Shown: positions 53,691-64,000 of the stretch, one piece after another
Numbering within the stretch: the stretch's first letter is position 1
Layout: every line of letters starts with the position of its first letter
Translations under genes and position numbers: made by a program
Notes under the pieces: generated by a model
Databases searched by the model: none
What the model was told of the DNA's origin: nothing
The model's input: only the letters and a program-made list of their open reading frames with translations
Assembly: GCF_054482525.1 (NCBI RefSeq)
Contig: NZ_CM137006.1
Length of the DNA: 64,000 bases
Strand: one strand, 5' to 3'

Positions 53691-54230
53691 TTAATTAAAC
53701 CAGCTGTCCGATTTGTTCTCTTCTGCTTTGCCCACGCTTTTCATCAGATCTCGACCGCCCTCAGTCATATTCCTGTTTGCGTCAGCTTCAGATTGCACCA
53801 CATCGGTTTGCGCAGCTTTGTGCTTCAGTTCCTGATCGATAAATTCGTTTTCTCGCTTAACGCGGGCTTCTTCTTTCGCCAGCGCCAGTTTTTGTTTCTG
53901 AATCTCTAAGCTGCGTAGCTCATCTTCATAACTTTGATCGCGTTTTTTGTCCGCAGAGGCTTCGGCGTCCAGTTTATCCTGACGAGCTTTCTTATTTGCC
54001 GCTGCCGTTGCCGCTCTTTTGTTAGCGGCGGCCTGGGCGTTTGCGCGACGTTGCTTCTCTTGCTGGATTTCCCTGTTGCGCTCCGCGACCCATTCGTCAT
54101 GCTGCCTTTGCTCTTCATTTTTACCTTGCTGTTCCGCTTCTGCGACAGCAGAGAGTTGATCCTGCAATGATGAGGCGATAGCCGGATAGCTTAAGGAGGC
54201 TAAGATGGCGCAAAGAAAAACTTTCTTCAT
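53691..54230 (-). CDS. yfgI: Periplasmic protein YfgI
   Basis: 179 aa; signal peptide; charged coiled-coil; conserved position next to guaA in K-12. Confidence 0.7.
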   Translation of the reverse strand: MKKVFLCAILASLSYPAIASSLQDQLSAVAEAEQQGKNEEQRQHDEWVAERNREIQQEKQRRANAQAAANKRAATAAANKKARQDKLDAEASADKKRDQSYEDELRSLEIQKQKLALAKEEARVKRENEFIDQELKHKAAQTDVVQSEADANRNMTEGGRDLMKSVGKAEENKSDSWFN

Positions 54231-54245
54231 GACTCCTCCTGATCA

Positions 54246-54764
54246 TTAGCTCTTTTCAGGACATTTGGTATTTGGCTGAATACGCGTTTCGTTATACGTC
54301 GTGGTAATAACAACGGCTAAACCTGTCGTAAACTGGCACTCTTTACCCACCTGGGTGGAGGTATACACTTTGGTGCCTTCCTTATACGTTAGAGAAACAC
54401 CTTCCACTAAGGTTTTATCATTCACCATAGAACCCGCTGCCGCGCCAACAGCTCCGCCGCCAACTGCACCTGCCGTCGTTCCGGAATTGCTGCCAGACCC
54501 GACGTTGTGGCCAATAACACCGCCAGCGACTGCACCAATAAGCGCGCCGAAGGCTTGTGCGTTTCGTTTATTTTGGGAGTTGTCTACGGCAACTTTTGCG
54601 GGAAGAATGGAAATAATATTAACGGTTTTAGTTTCTTGTTTGGTATTCAGTTGATCGGTTTGATAAACATCGGCGGCATGATCATCAGCATTTGACTGGC
54701 ATCCTGCCAGAGTGAATGACGCTAACATTGCCACAGGCAGAAGACATTTTTTAAATTTCATCAC
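54246..54764 (-). CDS. yfgH: Glycine-zipper outer-membrane lipoprotein YfgH
   Basis: 172 aa; lipobox LAGC; Gly-zipper segment. Confidence 0.7.
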   Translation of the reverse strand: MMKFKKCLLPVAMLASFTLAGCQSNADDHAADVYQTDQLNTKQETKTVNIISILPAKVAVDNSQNKRNAQAFGALIGAVAGGVIGHNVGSGSNSGTTAGAVGGGAVGAAAGSMVNDKTLVEGVSLTYKEGTKVYTSTQVGKECQFTTGLAVVITTTYNETRIQPNTKCPEKS

Positions 54765-55074
54765 TATTCCTTGTTATACACATTACGAAAAATAAGACAT
54801 TTAAGATCATCAAAAGAGGAAAGTAAATGTATTGCGTATAAAGGAATAGATTAAATTTATTAAAATTCATGTGGAAAATAATTTATAAAAATACATCATT
54901 AAAACATATGTATTAATTTTATATTTATTTCGCAGCCAAACAGGATAAACATCAGTCAGGACAAAGACGTAAAATTTAAGATGAAAGAATATCTGCCGCT
55001 TTGATAATCCCAAAGAGCAAAAGCATCCGACAGCGAGGTGCCGTTATGTTCTGTGAAAGTTGAGAAGGTAACCG

Positions 55075-55266
55075 CTAACGTTGTACCGGTGATTCGACGG
55101 AGAGTGTGGATTGCTGAGCTTCTTTTTTGCTCTGATGGTGCTGCCATGCACCGACGGACGAGTAGATAAAACGGCCAAAGAAGAAGATAAAGCTGATGAG
55201 CAGTACGATACGGGTCATGCGACTGTTAAATCGGTGTCGTTTTCGCATACTGGTTGCCTGACTCAC
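55075..55266 (-). CDS. yfgG: Small membrane protein YfgG
   Basis: 63 aa; single TM; conserved position. Confidence 0.55.
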   Translation of the reverse strand: MSQATSMRKRHRFNSRMTRIVLLISFIFFFGRFIYSSVGAWQHHQSKKEAQQSTLSVESPVQR

Positions 55267-55617
55267 AAAAGGTTCCTTGAAGTATGTCCCACGCTGTGGA
55301 CGGTACTTACATTAAGGCACAACAGGACAAAATGGTCAATTCTTCGTTATGTAAAAAAGCGTCAGTGGATACATATTTTAATGTTATGGAAGTTAATTTA
55401 ATTATTTACAATGATGATGTAATAATGATGAATTAACATGATAAACGTAATAATTCATTAATCAGGGTTATTTTGTTTGATATATATCAATTGGAACTTT
55501 CATATGACACTTAGAATCAATGCTCTCTATAGTGATGAATAATCATCATTCGAAGTCAGGTGGGATGCCTGTCTGAATACACCTCCTTCAGGATGTGGGG
55601 GATTCTGCTGAGCATCT

Positions 55618-57861
55618 ATGAAACTGAATGCAACTTATATAAAAATACGTGATAAATGGTGGGGGCTTCCGCTGTTCCTGCCTTCTTTAATCTTGCCCAT
55701 TTTCGCCCACATTAATACTTTCGCGCATATTTCTTCCGGTGAGGTTTTTCTCTTTTATCTGCCTCTGGCTCTGATGATCAGCATGATGATGTTTTTCAGC
55801 TGGGCGGCATTGCCAGGGATCGCCTTAGGGATTTTTGTCCGCAAATATGCAGAGCTGGGTTTTTACGAAACGCTCTCATTAACGGCTAATTTTATTATCA
55901 TTATCATTCTCTGTTGGGGCGGTTACAGGGTCTTTACTCCCCGGCGTAACAACGTTTCACATGGTGATACCCGTTTAATTTCCCAGCGTATATTCTGGCA
56001 GATTGTGTTTCCTGCAACGCTGTTTCTGATACTTTTCCAGTTTGCTGCGTTTGTAGGATTACTGGCGAGCAGAGAAAATCTGGTCGGCGTCATGCCTTTT
56101 AACCTCGGGACCTTAATCAATTATCAGGCCTTACTGGTGGGCAATCTGATTGGTGTCCCGCTGTGCTACTTCATCATTCGTGTAGTGCGAAATCCGTTTT
56201 ATTTACGTAGTTATTATTCGCAATTAAAACAGCAGGTTGATGTCAAAGCCACCAAAAAAGAGTTCGCACTCTGGCTACTGGCATTAGGTGCTTTACTGCT
56301 GCTGTTATGCATGCCGTTAAATGAAAAAAGCACAATTTTTAGCACCAACTATACCTTGTCATTATTGCTGCCCCTGATGATGTGGGGAGCGATGCGCTAT
56401 GGTTATAAGCTGATTTCGCTGCTCTGGGCGGTCGTGTTGATGATCAGCATCCACAGCTATCAAAATTACATTCCCATTTATCCTGGCTATACCACGCAGC
56501 TGACCATAACCTCCTCCAGTTATCTGGTATTCTCTTTTATTGTCAATTATATGGCTGTACTGGCAACCCGTCAGAGAGCGGTAGTCAGACGCATTCAGCG
56601 GCTTGCGTATGTGGACCCGGTAGTTCATCTGCCAAATGTTCGCGCCCTGAATCGCGCGTTGCGTGATGCCCCCTGGTCTGCGCTTTGTTATTTACGCATC
56701 CCTGGCATGGAAATGCTGGTTAAAAACTATGGCATCATGCTACGGATTCAGTACAAGCAAAAACTTTCTCACTGGCTGTCACCATTGCTGGAACCGGGTG
56801 AAGATGTTTATCAGCTATCGGGTAACGATCTCGCGCTGCGACTGAATACAGAATCGCACCAGGAGCGCATTACCGCACTGGATAGCCATCTCAAGCAATT
56901 TCGTTTCTTTTGGGATGGAATGCCGATGCAACCGCAGATTGGCGTCAGTTACTGCTATGTGCGCTCGCCAGTGAATCATATCTACTTACTGCTGGGAGAG
57001 CTAAATACGGTCGCCGAACTTTCCATCGTGACCAACGCCCCAGAAAATATGCAGCGTCGCGGGGCAATGTATTTGCAACGCGAATTGAAAGATAAAGTCG
57101 CGATGATGAATCGGCTACAGCAGGCGCTGGAACACAACCATTTTTTCCTGATGGCCCAGCCGATTACCGGTATGCGTGGCGATGTCTACCATGAAATTCT
57201 TCTGCGTATGAAAGGTGAGAATGATGAACTGATCAGCCCCGACAGCTTCTTGCCGGTCGCGCACGAATTTGGTTTATCGTCGAGTATCGACATGTGGGTC
57301 ATTGAACATACGCTGCAATTTATGGCTGAAAACAGAGCGAAGATGCCCGCTCACCGTTTTGCCATTAATCTGTCGCCAACCTCGGTATGTCAGGCTCGTT
57401 TTCCCGTTGAAGTCAGTCAGCTGCTGGCTAAATATCAGATTGAAGCGTGGCAACTTATTTTTGAAGTCACCGAAAGTAATGCTCTGACCAATGTTAAGCA
57501 GGCGCAAATCACCTTGCAGCATCTTCAGGAATTAGGCTGCCAGATTGCGATTGATGATTTCGGCACCGGCTACGCCAGCTATGCGCGGCTTAAAAATGTG
57601 AATGCCGATTTGCTTAAAATTGACGGCAGTTTTATCCGCAATATTGTGTCAAATAGTCTGGATTATCAGATAGTGGCGTCGATTTGCCACCTGGCGCGAA
57701 TGAAGAAAATGCGGGTAGTGGCAGAGTATGTTGAAAACGAAGAGATCCGCGAGGCGGTGCTCTCTTTGGGGATCGATTATATGCAGGGTTATCTTATTGG
57801 TAAGCCGCAACCGTTAATTGATACGCTGAATGAAATCGAACCCATTCGCGAAAGTGCCTGA
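55618..57861 (+). CDS. yfgF: c-di-GMP phosphodiesterase (membrane sensor + degenerate GGDEF + EAL)
   Basis: 747 aa; N-terminal multi-TM domain; EAL-domain motifs (EVTES, DDFGTGYAS). Confidence 0.85.
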   Translation: MKLNATYIKIRDKWWGLPLFLPSLILPIFAHINTFAHISSGEVFLFYLPLALMISMMMFFSWAALPGIALGIFVRKYAELGFYETLSLTANFIIIIILCWGGYRVFTPRRNNVSHGDTRLISQRIFWQIVFPATLFLILFQFAAFVGLLASRENLVGVMPFNLGTLINYQALLVGNLIGVPLCYFIIRVVRNPFYLRSYYSQLKQQVDVKATKKEFALWLLALGALLLLLCMPLNEKSTIFSTNYTLSLLLPLMMWGAMRYGYKLISLLWAVVLMISIHSYQNYIPIYPGYTTQLTITSSSYLVFSFIVNYMAVLATRQRAVVRRIQRLAYVDPVVHLPNVRALNRALRDAPWSALCYLRIPGMEMLVKNYGIMLRIQYKQKLSHWLSPLLEPGEDVYQLSGNDLALRLNTESHQERITALDSHLKQFRFFWDGMPMQPQIGVSYCYVRSPVNHIYLLLGELNTVAELSIVTNAPENMQRRGAMYLQRELKDKVAMMNRLQQALEHNHFFLMAQPITGMRGDVYHEILLRMKGENDELISPDSFLPVAHEFGLSSSIDMWVIEHTLQFMAENRAKMPAHRFAINLSPTSVCQARFPVEVSQLLAKYQIEAWQLIFEVTESNALTNVKQAQITLQHLQELGCQIAIDDFGTGYASYARLKNVNADLLKIDGSFIRNIVSNSLDYQIVASICHLARMKKMRVVAEYVENEEIREAVLSLGIDYMQGYLIGKPQPLIDTLNEIEPIRESA

Positions 57862-57899
57862 ATAATGCGGGCCGACATTTCTTGTCGGCCCGCAAAGCA

Positions 57900-61512
<3,613 letters not shown>

Positions 61513-61683
61513 TACCACTTTTACTCCGTTTTATTCACGGGACACTGCCTGGATATTATGGCGAGCAATATTGGCAGATGTCCAACTATGCCAGAAAAGG
61601 GGGAAAAAAACTGCTGGAGCTTGCGATTTACAGGTGAATTGAAAAACGCCAGCGGCAGAGCTGGCGCTTTAACTACGGGGGCA

Positions 61684-62321
61684 TTACTCGTCGGCAGCGT
61701 AGCCCTGCGGCGGCAGACGTTGACCATCCAGCCACGCGGCGTTTTCGTGCATTTTCAGACGACCATCGGCAAACCAGCTAATCACCAGTGGATAAATAGC
61801 GTGTTCCTGGGTTTGCACGCGGGCGGTGATGTCATCTTCCGTATCACCAGCAAATACCGGGACTTTCGCCTGTAAAATAACCGGGCCACCGTCCAGTTCA
61901 TCGGTGACGAAATGCACCGATGTACCGTGCTCTTCATCGCCATTTTCCAGCGCCTGACGATGGGTGTGTAATCCGGGATATTTCGGCAGCAGAGAAGGGT
62001 GAATGTTCAGCAAACGCCCGGCATAGTGGGAGACAATCGCCGGGCTGAGAATGCGCATAAAACCAGCCAGCACGACCACATCGGGTGCGTACATGTCGAT
62101 TTCATGAATCAACTCCCGGTCATAGGCTTCACGACTGTCAAACGCGCTGGCGATGAGCGTATGCGTTGCAATACCCGCCTGGCGGGCGCGTTCAAGGCCG
62201 AACGCGTCAGCCTTATTGCTGAAAACTGCCCGTACGGTGCCTTTAATTTTATTGGTTTTGCAGGCGTCAATAATTGCCTGCAAATTACTTCCGTTGCCGG
62301 AAATAAGCACCACAATATTCA

Positions 62322-62322
<1 letters not shown>
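61684..62322 (-). CDS. purN: Phosphoribosylglycinamide formyltransferase
   Basis: 212 aa; MNIVVLISGNGSNLQAII N-terminus. Confidence 0.9.
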
Positions 62323-63377
<1,055 letters not shown>

Positions 63378-63422
63378 TTACTTGCGGTAGAAAAATAAAA
63401 TTCGGCGCAATTCTAACAGGGA

Positions 63423-63438
63423 AAGCAAACGTTTGCGA
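63423..63438. promoter_or_regulatory. PurR operator AAGCAAACGTTTGCGA upstream of purMN
   Basis: Match to PurR-box palindrome (GCAAACGTTTGC) about 65 bp upstream of purM start. Confidence 0.7.
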
Positions 63439-63683
63439 GACTGCTTTACACAACCTTTTTGTACGTCTTTTCCCCAGGCGCGCGGCAAAACAATACTTGT
63501 ACCAGGGCAAAGGATCGTTTTCGGATGGAATAATCTTCTTCCATAACTATTTGAATATAAAATAACTTTATCTCAAACCGTTATCATTTTGACTAAAGTC
63601 AACGAAAATAATATTGCCGCCTTGAAGAAAGGAGGTATAATCCGTCGATTTTTTTTGTGGCTGCCCCTCAAAGGAGAAAGAGT

Positions 63684-64000
63684 ATGAAGATCGTGGAAGT
63701 CAAACACCCACTCGTCAAACACAAGCTGGGACTGATGCGTGAGCAAGATATCAGCACCAAGCGCTTTCGCGAACTCGCTTCCGAAGTGGGTAGCCTGCTG
63801 ACTTACGAAGCGACCGCCGACCTAGAAACGGAAAAAGTAACTATCGAAGGCTGGAACGGCCCGGTAGAAATCGACCAGATCAAAGGTAAGAAAATTACCG
63901 TTGTGCCAATTCTGCGTGCGGGTCTGGGGATGATGGACGGTGTGCTGGAAAACGTTCCGAGCGCGCGCATCAGCGTCGTCGGTATGTACCGTAATGAAGA
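63684..64000 (+). CDS. upp: Uracil phosphoribosyltransferase, 3'-truncated at window edge
   Basis: N-terminus [20 protein letters not shown]; RBS AAGGAG; divergent from purM. Confidence 0.9.

Overview
Enterobacterial (E. coli-like) chromosome segment, in reverse orientation relative to the usual K-12 map, carrying a ~40.5 kb prophage inserted at the 3' end of guaA. Host genes on the left are rlmN (5'-truncated), rodZ, ispG, hisS, yfgM, bamB, der, yfgJ, xseA, guaB and guaA; on the right are yfgI, yfgH, yfgG, yfgF (EAL phosphodiesterase), ppx, ppk, purN, purM (with a PurR box) and the start of upp. The prophage (about 13100-53652) is bounded by an imperfect 27-28 bp direct repeat that duplicates the guaA terminator hairpin. 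It combines a lambdoid-style early region (P4-type integrase, MT-A70 methylase, AlpA-like regulator, RecT/Bet plus YqaJ-type exonuclease, two-HTH repressor, Cro-like protein, O-like and lambda-P-like replication proteins, DUF1064, Ea22-like, DUF551) with a podovirus-like (T7/epsilon15-like order) late region (terminase small and large, portal, scaffold, capsid, adaptor/nozzle-sized tail proteins, three large internal/ejection proteins, tailspike, holin candidates, GH19-type endolysin, Rz/Rz1). Most interesting features: (i) a 15-bp palindrome TTACC-N5-GGTAA at 13 intergenic sites across the prophage, including the classical operator positions; (ii) a minus-strand cargo island between the ejection proteins and the tailspike with a near-consensus LexA box, a small Tum-like protein paralogous to the C-terminal domain of the adjacent BRO-N antirepressor, and a YafO-like toxin candidate with an overlapping small upstream ORF; (iii) a phage-borne tRNA-Arg(UCU) with an unknown 140-aa gene on the opposite strand between terminase and portal. 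All protein assignments are from reading the translations and recall of families; no database search was run.
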